A DNA stretch of 14,075 nt from a bacterium. Lineage in GTDB: Bacteria > Thermosulfidibacterota > Thermosulfidibacteria > Thermosulfidibacterales > Thermosulfidibacteraceae. This document shows, in pieces, positions 1-8,625 of this stretch. Each line of letters begins with the position of its first letter. Position 1 is the first letter of the stretch. The position numbers and the translations under genes were made by a program. The stretch is taken from contig JALVZS010000027.1 of the NCBI GenBank assembly GCA_027022065.1, forward strand, positions 1-14,075, read 5' to 3'. A model generated the notes under the pieces. That model was not told the DNA's origin. It was given only the letters and a program-made list of their open reading frames with translations, and searched no databases.

Positions 1-763
1 CGTGGTGCAGGGCCATGTGCCTGTATATCCAGGAGTTTTCAGGGGTTGGTGAATCAAGTAGGGCCTTTACTTTAAGGTGTTCCAGTGCTTTTTCTCTTAC
101 AAACCTTCCAATTACTGGAAGATCGGAAAGCTCTAAGAGATACATCCCTAACTCATAATTTGCATCTGAGGATATAGGAAGTTCCCACAGGTATCTCTGT
201 AAGAAATAGATCTTTTTACTTCTCTTTTCTTCAAGGTTTGAGGCAAGAAGATATATGGGAGGAAAAGTGTTTCCCATTTTGATGCACTTTCTAATTTCGG
301 CAAGCGCTAGTGTCTTTTCTCCCTTTTGATCCAGGATAAGGGCTATTCCCCAAGATGCTAGCTTTTCCCCATTTCTCTTTGCGTCTTTGAATCTCCTTAA
401 GGCGGTTTCTGTCTTTCCTAAGAGCATGTGAATTATGCCTGATAGAAACATGTATGTCCCAGTGCCTCCGGTTTTCTTAAGGAGTTTGTTCAAAGACTTG
501 TGCTCCTCCCAGAGCCTCTCTGGGGAGATCTTTGATAGGATAAGAAGGTGTAGATATTGAGAAAAGGCGCTGTTATCTGTGAGATAGAGCTTTTCTGAAG
601 ACTCAAGTGCTTCGTTTAGTTTTCCCGTTTCTAGATAGAGACATGCAAGGTGCCTGTAAAACCAGGGGTCTTTTTCGCATAGCCTCTTTAAGTAGCTTTC
701 AAGATCTGAAAGCCTTCCGCTCCTAAGCAGCTTGGAGACCTTTGATACCTTTAACCACCTCAT
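1..763 (-). CDS. Hypothetical helical-repeat (TPR-like) protein, N-terminal 254 codons; the C-terminus runs off the window start
   Basis: Reverse-complement ATG at 763..761 opens a frame with no stop to position 1 (MRWLKVSKVSKLLRSGRLSDLESYLKRLCEKDPWFYRHLACLYLETGKLNEALE...). It has repeated amphipathic helix-pair periodicity. It is missing from the ORF track because it is truncated at the window edge. Function unknown. Confidence 0.45.
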   Translation of the reverse strand, partial: MRWLKVSKVSKLLRSGRLSDLESYLKRLCEKDPWFYRHLACLYLETGKLNEALESSEKLYLTDNSAFSQYLHLLILSKISPERLWEEHKSLNKLLKKTGGTGTYMFLSGIIHMLLGKTETALRRFKDAKRNGEKLASWGIALILDQKGEKTLALAEIRKCIKMGNTFPPIYLLASNLEEKRSKKIYFLQRYLWELPISSDANYELGMYLLELSDLPVIGRFVREKALEHLKVKALLDSPTPENSWIYRHMALHH

Positions 764-806
764 TTTGTATTAACTTTAAAACAATTTTAGCCAAAAGTCC
801 ACATCA

Positions 807-835
807 TTGACCTGAAACCCCTATGCCTGTAAAAT
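807..835 (+). promoter_or_regulatory. Candidate sigma70-type promoter for the M23 peptidase gene (TTGACC-17 nt-TAAAAT)
   Basis: TTGACC at 807-812, a 17-nt spacer, then TAAAAT at 830-835. This puts the start about 35 nt upstream of the ATG at 870, with an AGGGAGGAAG RBS at 858-867. Confidence 0.4.
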
Positions 836-869
836 AAAAGTTTAGACATACCGTATCAAGGGAGGAAGT

Positions 870-2072
870 ATGAAAAGGCCTCTTGGGGTGCTGTTGTTTT
901 TATTTTTGCTGGTTCAGGGTGTTTGGGCTCGCCAGATTAAGGTTTTTATAAACAGAGGGGAAACCTTTATAGATTCCTTGGTAGCCCATGATATCAGCAG
1001 GAAAGAGGCGGCGATGGTAGCTTACGCCTTGAAGAGGTATGTGAACCTTAACAGGCTACCTGAGGGCTTTAGCTACTACATAGACTACCAGGGAAACATT
1101 CCTGTTCAGCTGGTTATCCCTTACGATGTGGGTAAGGTCTACGATGTTGACTTAAGGAGAATAGATGTAAATCCCAAAAAACTAAAGGTAAGGATTCAGG
1201 AGAAGAGCTTTTACGGCGTTTTGGGACAGGGGGATTCCGTTTTTTACTCTATATACGACCAAACAGGGGATCCCAATTTGGCCTACCAGTTCGTCAGCAT
1301 ATTTAAGTACCGTATAGACTTTCACACATGGACAAGGCCTGGGGATTACTATGCCTTTATTTGTCAGTACCTTACAGATGATTTTGGAAATGCAAAATAC
1401 GGAAGGATCCTTGTTGCCAAGTATGTGGGGAAAAAGGTGAAGGCGGATGCAGTTTACTACAAAGGGGCATACTACGACAGCAAAGGCTACCCTCTTAAGG
1501 GCGTGTTTCTGGCATCTCCTGTAGATTCTGGTTGGTTAAGGGCACCTTTGAGGTACAAGAGAATATCCAGTAGATTTACCTACCACAGGCTCCATCCCAT
1601 ACTGGGCATAGTGAGGCCTCATCTGGGTGTGGACTATGCCGCTCCCATGGGAACCCCCATAAAGGCCGTGGCGGATGGCGTGGTTATATGGAAGGGATGG
1701 CTTGGAGGATACGGAAGAACTGTGAAGATAAGACATAGAGGAGGGATAATAACCCAGTACGCTCACATGAGTAGGTATGCAAAAGGGCTGCATGTAGGAC
1801 AGAGGGTTAAAGAGGGACAGGTTATAGGGTATGTGGGCATGTCTGGCCTTGCCACAGGGCCCCATCTTGATTTCAGGATAAAAGTGCACGGCCGCTTTGT
1901 TAATCCTTTGAAGTTCTTGGCTAGGCACGCACATTACAGACTCATAAGGGTGGCTAGAAAGAGGCTAAGGGGAAGGGCATTGGCCTATGTAAGATCTCAG
2001 CTTAGTAAGCTTGATGTTATGCTGGCAAGTGCCAAGACCCTTTCCAGCGGGACTCTAAAGGCTTCTGACTAA
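870..2072 (+). CDS. Secreted M23 family (LytM-type) metallopeptidase with an N-terminal uncharacterised domain
   Basis: N-terminal signal peptide [21 protein letters not shown]-terminal M23 motifs are present: [13 protein letters not shown] (HxxxD), YAHMS, and [15 protein letters not shown]. The last is the usual GPHLHF motif, but the second His is Asp. A GGAGG RBS lies upstream. Confidence 0.85.
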   Translation: MKRPLGVLLFLFLLVQGVWARQIKVFINRGETFIDSLVAHDISRKEAAMVAYALKRYVNLNRLPEGFSYYIDYQGNIPVQLVIPYDVGKVYDVDLRRIDVNPKKLKVRIQEKSFYGVLGQGDSVFYSIYDQTGDPNLAYQFVSIFKYRIDFHTWTRPGDYYAFICQYLTDDFGNAKYGRILVAKYVGKKVKADAVYYKGAYYDSKGYPLKGVFLASPVDSGWLRAPLRYKRISSRFTYHRLHPILGIVRPHLGVDYAAPMGTPIKAVADGVVIWKGWLGGYGRTVKIRHRGGIITQYAHMSRYAKGLHVGQRVKEGQVIGYVGMSGLATGPHLDFRIKVHGRFVNPLKFLARHAHYRLIRVARKRLRGRALAYVRSQLSKLDVMLASAKTLSSGTLKASD

Positions 2073-2153
2073 TTGCCTATTTTTATAACATTTATTGCTT
2101 ATATAAATGTGCCTTATTTGCACTAATCTTTTTCTTGTTCTATGTAATTTCCT

Positions 2154-2393
2154 ATGAAGTTTTATTTCATCTTCCGTCGCACTGTTGATGTTATGATGGC
2201 CGATGAATTGCTTTCAAAAAATAATGTTTCCTATAAAATAGTGCCTGTTCCTAAGGAGATATCTAGTGAATGTGGGCTTTGTGTGCTTACAGAGGAGCCT
2301 TGGGAAAAGGTGCTTTTCTTGTTAAAAGAAGTAAAACCCATCGCCGTTTATAATGGGGGAAAGGGGCTTGTCTGGAAAGGTGATATATCTTGA
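2154..2393 (+). CDS. DUF3343-like small Cys-containing protein (putative Se/S carrier-like), first gene of the selenium module
   Basis: 79 aa. The N-terminus [45 protein letters not shown] matches my recollection of the DUF3343 pattern (beta-strand, helix, then iPvPxeISsxCGlal). Its 3' end overlaps the start of the downstream desulfurase-family gene. Confidence 0.6.
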   Translation: MKFYFIFRRTVDVMMADELLSKNNVSYKIVPVPKEISSECGLCVLTEEPWEKVLFLLKEVKPIAVYNGGKGLVWKGDIS

Positions 2394-3531
2394 TAACGCC
2401 GCCACATCATTTCCAAAGCCCAAAGAGGTTTGGGATGCGGTTTTGAACTATGCCTGTAGCATAGGTGCCAATCCTGGAAGATCAGGTCACAGGTTGTCCG
2501 TTGAGGCTGCGCGCTTGGTATTCAACTGCAGGAGGGCACTTGCGGAGCTTTTGGGTGTTTCGGCCTGCGACAGGATCATATTCACCAAAAACGCTACTGA
2601 GGCGGCCAATGTGGTTATAAGGGGGCTTTTGGAAGGCGTTGGTGGCGGTAATGTGGTGGCCACATGCCTTGAGCACAATGCCGTTGCAAGGCCACTTAAG
2701 TACTGGTGCAGAAGGGAAGATATTGAGCTGAGGGTTGTTTCCTGCTCACCAAGTGGGGAGGTGAATCCGAAAAAGGTGCTGGAGGCTGTTGATGAAAGCA
2801 CCATCGCTGTTTTTGTGAATCATGCAAGCAACGTTTTCGGCACCGTTACACCCTTTGAGGATATAGCGGCCTTTGTGAGCGTTCCCGTGGTTGTGGATGC
2901 CACCCAGACATTGGGCAGCTATCCTTTCAGCGTGGGGGATTTTAGCAATGTGATTGTTGTTTTCACAGGGCACAAGGGGCTTTTGGGGCCTCAGGGTACA
3001 GGGGGCTTTTACATACCTGAGGGGATAGAGCTTGATCCGCTCATTCGTGGAGGAACAGGAAGCAACTCCGAGAGTGATGAGCAGCCTTCCTTTTTACCCG
3101 ATAGGTTTGAAAGTGGAACATTAAACGTTCATGGAATTGCAGGGCTTCTTGCCGGGATAAGGTGGATTAAAAGCAGGGGTATTGAGAATATAAGAAAGCA
3201 CGAGCTAGAGCTTGCCTGCCTCTTTGTTGAGGCTGTTTCTTCTGTGAAGGGCGTTGATGTATACGCTTCTGGTGACTGGAGCAGGCGCATAGGTGTGGTT
3301 TCTTTAAATGTGAGGGGCAGGGATCCCGGTGTTGTTTCCCACATACTTGACAGCGAGTACGGGATAGCCACAAGGGCGGGTCTTCACTGTGCTCCCTGGG
3401 CACACAGGGCTTTGGGAACATATCCTGTGGGGACAGTTAGATTCTCTTTCGGTCCCTTTAACACGGAAAGCGATGTTGAGGAGGCAGTAAGGGCAGTTAA
3501 AAATATAGGGGAGGGGGCAAATGGTTGTTGA
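2353..3531 (+). CDS. Cysteine desulfurase family protein (class V aminotransferase fold, SufS/CsdA-like; selenocysteine-lyase candidate)
   Basis: The PLP-lysine motif [15 protein letters not shown] and the active-site Cys motif [13 protein letters not shown] are both present. The N-terminus has [14 protein letters not shown]. The true start may be GTG 2380, preceded by GGAAAGG, rather than ATG 2353; both overlap the DUF3343 gene end. Confidence 0.85.
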   Translation: MGERGLSGKVIYLDNAATSFPKPKEVWDAVLNYACSIGANPGRSGHRLSVEAARLVFNCRRALAELLGVSACDRIIFTKNATEAANVVIRGLLEGVGGGNVVATCLEHNAVARPLKYWCRREDIELRVVSCSPSGEVNPKKVLEAVDESTIAVFVNHASNVFGTVTPFEDIAAFVSVPVVVDATQTLGSYPFSVGDFSNVIVVFTGHKGLLGPQGTGGFYIPEGIELDPLIRGGTGSNSESDEQPSFLPDRFESGTLNVHGIAGLLAGIRWIKSRGIENIRKHELELACLFVEAVSSVKGVDVYASGDWSRRIGVVSLNVRGRDPGVVSHILDSEYGIATRAGLHCAPWAHRALGTYPVGTVRFSFGPFNTESDVEEAVRAVKNIGEGANGC

Positions 3532-4105
3532 TGCAAGAGGGCTTCCATGTCCAAAGCCTGTTCTCATGACCAAGGATGCGCTGGAGAAGGTAAGCGAGGG
3601 AGTGGTGGAAGTTTTGGTGGATAATGAGGCCTCAAAGGAAAATGTGAAAAGGTTTGCGGAAAAGCAGGGTTGCTGCGTTGAAATAGTGGAGGAGGATGGA
3701 TACTACAAGTTGAGGATTGCAAAGGGCTATGTTTGCTCCCGTGAGGCTCCGGAGGAGAAGCAGGTTGAGGGAAAGAATAAGGTTGTGCTTATCCTATCAG
3801 ACTCCATGGGCGAGGAGAGGAAGCTTGGTGAGCTTCTCATGAGGGCATTTTTGAGCACTCTCAAAGAGGCCACCAACAGGCCTAAAAGACTCATATTTGT
3901 TAACAGGGGCGTCTTTCTCACCACCGAGGGCTCAAAGGTTATAGATGTGCTTAAAGAGCTGGAGGATATGGGCGTAGAGATATACTCCTGTGGCACCTGC
4001 CTTGATTACTTCGGACTGAAGGATAAGCTTCTGGTGGGGAAGATCACCAATATGTACGATACCGTGGAGGAGCTTTTAAACGCCGATTCGGTGGTGAGAG
4101 TATGA
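3521..4105 (+). CDS. yedF: YedF-type selenium-metabolism protein: N-terminal TusA/SirA-like domain (CPxP) fused to a C-terminal DsrE/DsrF-like domain
   Basis: The N-terminus [18 protein letters not shown] is the TusA CPxP motif. The C-terminal half ([12 protein letters not shown]...[13 protein letters not shown]...) has DsrE-like fold signatures. It overlaps the upstream gene by 11 nt, and its stop TGA 4103-4105 overlaps the selD ATG 4102 (ATGA). Confidence 0.75.
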   Translation: MVVDARGLPCPKPVLMTKDALEKVSEGVVEVLVDNEASKENVKRFAEKQGCCVEIVEEDGYYKLRIAKGYVCSREAPEEKQVEGKNKVVLILSDSMGEERKLGELLMRAFLSTLKEATNRPKRLIFVNRGVFLTTEGSKVIDVLKELEDMGVEIYSCGTCLDYFGLKDKLLVGKITNMYDTVEELLNADSVVRV

Positions 4106-5103
4106 AGGAGCCTAGGCTTACTGAGATGGTTAGGGCCTCCGGCTGAGGGGCCAAGGTGGGGCCGGCGGAGCTGGCCCGAATACTTGAAGGACTTGAAGTT
4201 GAAGCAGGCGAGGAGGTTATAGCAGGTTTTGGAGGATTTGAGGATGCTGCTGTTGTTAAGGTGGACGATTCCCTTGCCCTTATAGCCACGGTGGACTTCA
4301 TAACTCCTGTGGTGGACGATCCTTTCATCTTTGGGCAGATAGCTGCGGCAAATGCCTTAAGCGATGTTTATGCCATGGGAGGACAGCCTTGGTTTGCCCT
4401 GAATGTTCTCTGCTTTCCCTCGTGCATACCGGAGGGTTGGGTGAGGGATATTGTAAAGGGAGGGCTCTCAAAGATAAGAGAGGCAGGAGCATTCCTGCTT
4501 GGAGGGCACACAGTTGATGATACAGAGCCCAAGTACGGGCTTTGTGTTGTAGGAAGGGTTCATCCGGAAAGGGTAATAACAAATTCATCAGCAGTTCCCA
4601 GGTGTAAAGTATTCCTCACTAAGCCCATTGGTTTGGGGGTTGTTGTAACGGCCATCAAGGCACAGATGGCATCCTCCGATGTCGTTAAAAGGACGGTTGA
4701 TGTGATGACCACCTTAAACAAAGATGCGTCTATGAAGATGGTTGAAGCTGGTGCAGTTGCAGCCACCGACATCACAGGGTTTGGTCTTCTAGGCCACGCC
4801 CTTGAGATGGCAAGATCCTCTGGAGTGGATATTGTTATAGAGGCTAAAAAGGTTCCCGTTATAGAGGAGGCCTTTGAGTATGCCTCTATGGGCCTTATAC
4901 CTGCGGGAGCTTATAGTAACAGGGATTTCTGTTCAGGGGATGTGGTGTTTGAAAGGGATGTGGGGGATCTTGAAATTCTCATGTTTGATCCTCAAACCTC
5001 TGGTGGCCTGCTTGTGGCCGTTCCCTATGAGAAGGCCCATCTTTATCCCTACTGGGAGATAGGCTATACTGTTGAGGGAAAGGGAAAGGTGAGGGTGGTG
5101 TGA
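4102..5103 (+). CDS. selD: Selenophosphate synthetase SelD (selenide, water dikinase), selenocysteine-containing form with an in-frame UGA at 4144-4146
   Basis: The ORF track starts at GTG 4156. The same frame is open upstream from ATG 4102 through a single TGA at 4144-4146, giving [31 protein letters not shown]. This is the conserved SelD N-terminal SG(C/U)GxK motif with the Lys intact. The rest ([12 protein letters not shown]...[11 protein letters not shown]...[16 protein letters not shown]) is typical AIR-synthase-fold SelD. The ATG sits in an ATGA overlap with the yedF stop. Confidence 0.85.
4157..4179 (+). promoter_or_regulatory. Candidate bacterial SECIS hairpin immediately downstream of the selD UGA
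   Basis: A GC-rich stem-loop begins about 13 nt after the UGA. GGGCC at 4159-4163 pairs with GGCCC at 4173-4177, with the 9-nt loop GGCGGAGCU between them and a possible U-A extension. The spacing from the UGA fits bacterial SECIS geometry. Only the exact stem was checked by eye, not the full fold. Confidence 0.4.
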
Positions 5104-5633
5104 TGAGGGCGCTTTACATGGGGAGGTTTCAGCCCTTTCATCTCGGGCATCTTGAGGTGGTGAGAAGCATCCTTGAGGACAACGACGAGCTTATCATTGC
5201 CATAGGCTCTGCCAACTTTAACTACAATGTGAAGAGTCCCTTCACCGCAGGAGAAAGAATGTGGATGATCCATGAGGCCTTGGTTGAGGCGGGCCTTGAC
5301 ATGAGGAGGATTTACATAGCCACATATCCCAACATAGAGAACAACGCTGCCTGGTATGCGCATATAAGCTCCCTGCTTCCTCCGTTTGAGAGGGCCTATA
5401 CGGGCAATCCTCTCACGCAGATACTTCTTAAAGAAGCCGGAATAGAGGTGGTTCCTCTAAGGATGATAAAGAGGGAGCTTTACTGTGCCACCACCGTAAG
5501 GGAGAGGATGCTCAGGGGAGAGCCCTGGCAGGAGCTTGTCCCTCCTGCGGTGGCTAGAATCATAGAAAAAATCAAAGGGGTGGAGAGGCTGAGGTATCTG
5601 GCAAGAAGCGAATCGGATCCCCTTTCCTACTAG
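5100..5633 (+). CDS. nadM: Nicotinamide-nucleotide adenylyltransferase, archaeal NadM type
   Basis: [14 protein letters not shown] is the (H/T)xGH nucleotidyltransferase motif. The protein is co-linear with Methanocaldococcus-type NMNAT over its full length (IIAIGSA...SPFTAGER...GVERLR). The likely start is ATG 5103, overlapping the selD stop TGA 5101-5103; the GTG at 5100 is the alternative. Confidence 0.85.
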   Translation: MMRALYMGRFQPFHLGHLEVVRSILEDNDELIIAIGSANFNYNVKSPFTAGERMWMIHEALVEAGLDMRRIYIATYPNIENNAAWYAHISSLLPPFERAYTGNPLTQILLKEAGIEVVPLRMIKRELYCATTVRERMLRGEPWQELVPPAVARIIEKIKGVERLRYLARSESDPLSY

Positions 5634-5643
5634 GAGGCTTGCC

Positions 5644-6852
5644 TTGAAGGTATCCCTTCTCTTTGTTGGTGATGAGGTTGTGGATGGTATTATACCGAAC
5701 ACCAATGCAGAGTATATCAAAAGAGAGCTTCAGAACTGGGGTATTGCTGTTGCGGAAACTGCTGAGGTCAGAGATGATCTTGAAATGATAGCACACACCT
5801 TGGACTTTCTCTTTCTGTTCTCTAATTGCGTGATTGTCTGTGGAGGGTTGGGTCCTACGGAGGATGATGTTACAAGGGAAGCGGTGGCAAAGGCCCTTGG
5901 AGTACGCCTCGTTTTTAATGAGGATCTTTGGAGTCTGATAAAATCAAGGATAGAGTCTAGGGGAAGAGGTATTAGAAAGGAGCATGAGAAGATGGCCTTT
6001 GTCTATGAAGAGGGAGGCTACATAGAGAATCCTGTGGGTTTGGCTCCTGCCCTTTGGGTAAGAAAGGGCGAAAGGCTTGTGCTTCTTCTTCCTGGAGTTC
6101 CTGAGGAGCTTAGGCAGCTTCTTCCTCTGGCTGTTAAGAGCCTGTTTAAGGCGCGGGGAGATGGCATGGAGTTTAGGATATTTAAAACCGTGGGACTTAG
6201 GGAATCCGATGTGAACTCCGCCGCAAGAGAGGTCCTTTCTGGTCTTGATGTGAGATGGGGTACTGTCATAAGGGATGGAGAGGTTTGGCTCAATGTAGAG
6301 GCGGGAAGTGGTATTATGGAGATGGTTGAGAAAAGGCTTAGGGAGGCTTTGGGGGAAAATCTTTATGGGTGCGATGAGGAAACTTTGGAAGCGTTAGTGG
6401 GAAAGATGCTAAGAGAAAAAGGACTTACTCTATCCACGGCAGAGTCCTGCACCGGCGGGCTTCTGGCCAATCTTATAACCAACATTTCTGGTTCCTCTGA
6501 CTACTTCAAAGGAGGGGTTGTTTCTTACCTTGAGGAGGTTAAGGTAAAGCTTCTAGGCGTTTCCTGGGAGAGCGTAAAAGAACACACCGTTTATAGCCAC
6601 GAGGTTGCAAAAGAAATGGCATTGGGGGTTAAACGCTTAACAGGCTCGGATGTCTCCCTTTCCACCACGGGAATAGCAGGTCCCACGGGGGAACTGCCTG
6701 GGAAGCCCGTGGGTATAGTTTATGTGGGTTTGGCGCACGATTCTGAGGTTGAGAGTTTTGAGTTTCGGTTCAATTATGATAGAAAAGGAAACAAAATGGC
6801 CTTTGCCAAGGCTGCCTTAGATGTGCTTAGGAGGTATCTGCTAAGGCTATGA
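5644..6852 (+). CDS. cinA: CinA family protein: N-terminal MoCF-biosynthesis-like (ADP-ribose pyrophosphatase) domain plus C-terminal PncC-type NMN deamidase domain
   Basis: TTG start at 5644, with an AGGAGG RBS 7 nt upstream at 5631-5636. The N-terminus is [15 protein letters not shown]. The C-terminal domain has [17 protein letters not shown]...LSTTGIAGP. Its stop overlaps the thpR ATG (ATGA at 6849-6852). Confidence 0.85.
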   Translation: MKVSLLFVGDEVVDGIIPNTNAEYIKRELQNWGIAVAETAEVRDDLEMIAHTLDFLFLFSNCVIVCGGLGPTEDDVTREAVAKALGVRLVFNEDLWSLIKSRIESRGRGIRKEHEKMAFVYEEGGYIENPVGLAPALWVRKGERLVLLLPGVPEELRQLLPLAVKSLFKARGDGMEFRIFKTVGLRESDVNSAAREVLSGLDVRWGTVIRDGEVWLNVEAGSGIMEMVEKRLREALGENLYGCDEETLEALVGKMLREKGLTLSTAESCTGGLLANLITNISGSSDYFKGGVVSYLEEVKVKLLGVSWESVKEHTVYSHEVAKEMALGVKRLTGSDVSLSTTGIAGPTGELPGKPVGIVYVGLAHDSEVESFEFRFNYDRKGNKMAFAKAALDVLRRYLLRL

Positions 6853-7412
6853 GGCTGTTTGTGGCTGTTGATGTGCCAGATGAGATAAAGGAAAAGCTTT
6901 ACAGGGATGCTATGCTCTTAAAGGGAAGCGGCATAAGGGCTTCTTATCCTGCGCGTTCCTCGTATCATATCACCCTTAAGTTTCTTGGTGAAGTTGCCGA
7001 AGAAAGGGTAAAAGAAATTATAGATGCGCTTACAGGGGCCTTTGATCACATAGCTCCCTTTGAGGCAAGTGTTGAGGGAAGAGGGGTTTTCCCAGGCTTT
7101 AGGAATCCCAGGGTGGTGTGGGGAGGGGTTAGAGATAACGGGGGTTTTTCGGCTCTAAAAGAGGCCGTAGATAGAGCGCTTGAAGTTTTAGGCTTTGAGA
7201 GGGACGATAAGCCCTTTGTTCCCCACATTACCTTGGGTAGAGTAAAAAAGGCCAGTATGGAAGATAAAAGAATAATTAGGCAGTTTTGTGAGGGAAAGGT
7301 TAGTTATGGGAGCCTCACCGTTGGCGAGGTGATCCTTTATAGGAGTATATTAAAACCCGAGGGGGCTGAGTATAAGAAGATACATATTTTTAAGATCGGG
7401 GGAGTTGCATGA
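6849..7412 (+). CDS. thpR: RNA 2',3'-cyclic phosphodiesterase / 2'-5' RNA ligase (ThpR/LigT, 2H phosphoesterase)
   Basis: Two HxT/S motifs, HITLKFLG and HITLGRV, with the expected spacing. Length 187 aa. ATGA overlaps at both ends. Confidence 0.8.
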   Translation: MRLFVAVDVPDEIKEKLYRDAMLLKGSGIRASYPARSSYHITLKFLGEVAEERVKEIIDALTGAFDHIAPFEASVEGRGVFPGFRNPRVVWGGVRDNGGFSALKEAVDRALEVLGFERDDKPFVPHITLGRVKKASMEDKRIIRQFCEGKVSYGSLTVGEVILYRSILKPEGAEYKKIHIFKIGGVA

Positions 7413-7591
7413 GGGAAGATTTGGAGAAGGAACTTTCCATGGTGGATGAGGAGCTTGAGTATCTGTTTAAGAGGTTTGAAGAGCTTATAGAGAGAAGGAG
7501 AAGCTTGGTGGAGAAAATGAGATCCGGCAAAGAGAAGCATAGAGAGAGGGAGACCTATATAAGGCATGTAAAGCATAGAAAAGTTGAGTGA
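7409..7591 (+). CDS. Small highly charged predicted coiled-coil protein (60 aa), function unknown
   Basis: The ATG at 7409 overlaps the thpR stop (ATGA), and its stop TGA 7589-7591 overlaps the dgt start. Sequence: [60 protein letters not shown]. The exact 4-nt coupling on both sides argues it is translated. No family recognised. Confidence 0.4.
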   Translation: MREDLEKELSMVDEELEYLFKRFEELIERRRSLVEKMRSGKEKHRERETYIRHVKHRKVE

Positions 7592-8625
7592 TGACCATAA
7601 GGGGGCAATGGGAGAGGTGGGAGAAGGAACATTTACATCCCCTTGCGGCGAAAAGTGCAGAATCCAGAGGAAGGCAAAGGCCTGAGGATGAGTGCGATAT
7701 AAGAATCGCCTACCAGAGGGACAGGGACAAAATAATCCACTCTAAGTCTTTTAGGAGGCTAAAGCACAAAACGCAGGTCTTTCTAGCTCCTGTTGGAGAT
7801 CATTACAGGACAAGGCTTACCCATACCCTTGAGGTTGCCCAGATTGCCCGAACCATATCAAGGGCCTTAAGGCTTAATGAGGATCTAACAGAGGCCATTG
7901 CCATGGGGCACGATTTGGGTCACACTCCCTTTGGCCATGCGGGGGAGGAGGTGCTGAATAGGCTCTGCCCTGAGGGGTTTCATCACGCAAGACAGAGCCT
8001 CAGGGTGGTGGATGTGCTGGAAAGGGAAGGGATGGGGCTTAATCTCACCTATGAGGTGAGGGATGGAATACTTAAGCACTCTAAAGGCTTAGGGGAGATA
8101 CTTGCGGAGGGCGAAGAGAGGCCTGTGACCCTTGAGGGGGAGGTGGTGAGGATAGCGGATGTGATTGCCTATGTTAATCACGATATAGACGATGCTCTAA
8201 GGGCTGGTCTTATAAAGGAGAGTGATCTTCCCAAGGAGTGTGTAAGGTTTTTTGGGGAAACCCATGGAAAGCGCATAGATACCATGGTTAGAGATGTCAT
8301 CAGTGAAACAAGAAGGATTGACTATGAAAGGGTTACGATGTCAGAAGAGGGATTAGAGTTTCTCTACGAGCTGAGAGATTTTCTATACAAGAGGGTTTAC
8401 AGTTCCTCTGTGGTTAGGAAGGAGTTTGAGAAGGCCTTAAAGATACTGGAAGAGCTGTATCACTACTTCTACGAGCATCCTGAGAAGATAAGTTCTGGGT
8501 GGGGAAGACCGAATGATCCTGTGGAGGTTAGAGTGGCCGATTACCTTTCTGGCATGACCGACAGATTTGCCATAGAGCTTTACAAATCTCTGTTTTTACC
8601 AAAACCTTGGAGGGATGCGGGATGA
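7588..8625 (+). CDS. dGTP triphosphohydrolase-like HD-domain phosphohydrolase
   Basis: dGTPase-family signatures are present: [23 protein letters not shown], the HD motif [12 protein letters not shown]...[14 protein letters not shown], and a C-terminal DYLSGMTD. The start is either GTG 7588 or ATG 7591. The stop TGA 8623-8625 overlaps the hemL ATG. Confidence 0.8.
   Translation: MMTIRGQWERWEKEHLHPLAAKSAESRGRQRPEDECDIRIAYQRDRDKIIHSKSFRRLKHKTQVFLAPVGDHYRTRLTHTLEVAQIARTISRALRLNEDLTEAIAMGHDLGHTPFGHAGEEVLNRLCPEGFHHARQSLRVVDVLEREGMGLNLTYEVRDGILKHSKGLGEILAEGEERPVTLEGEVVRIADVIAYVNHDIDDALRAGLIKESDLPKECVRFFGETHGKRIDTMVRDVISETRRIDYERVTMSEEGLEFLYELRDFLYKRVYSSSVVRKEFEKALKILEELYHYFYEHPEKISSGWGRPNDPVEVRVADYLSGMTDRFAIELYKSLFLPKPWRDAG

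Noticed and set aside
764-806. Searched for a divergent promoter for the minus-strand TPR-like gene
   Set aside because: Only a weak TAAAAT-like hexamer was found, with no convincing -35. It is not reported as a feature.
1536-1934. 132-aa minus-strand ORF inside the M23 peptidase gene. Similar antisense ORFs lie at 2482-2973, 3129-3573, 3727-4328, 4325-4775, 5064-5363, 5457-5796, 6018-6293, 7046-7576, 7885-8079, 8528-9013, 8961-10093, 10338-10586, 10885-11112, 11580-11801, 11956-12162, 12903-13151 and 13173-13886
   Set aside because: All of these lie antisense within strongly supported plus-strand genes. They have Ser/Pro/Thr-rich low-complexity translations and no motifs. The plus-strand genes already account for essentially every nucleotide.
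2073-2153. AT-rich 81-nt gap with a small inverted repeat (TGTGCC..7..GCAC) and TTGCAC-17-TATGTA; possible promoter or operator of the selenium operon
   Set aside because: The -10 match is weak (3-5/6 depending on register), the spacing is ambiguous at 17-19 nt, and the inverted repeat is only 4-5 bp. It is very likely the operon promoter region, but no specific element can be called with confidence from sequence alone.
4147-4180. GC-rich hairpin that could be read as an intrinsic terminator or attenuator after yedF
   Set aside because: It lies inside the selD coding frame, 3 nt after an in-frame UGA, and is not followed by a T-tract. A SECIS element explains it better.
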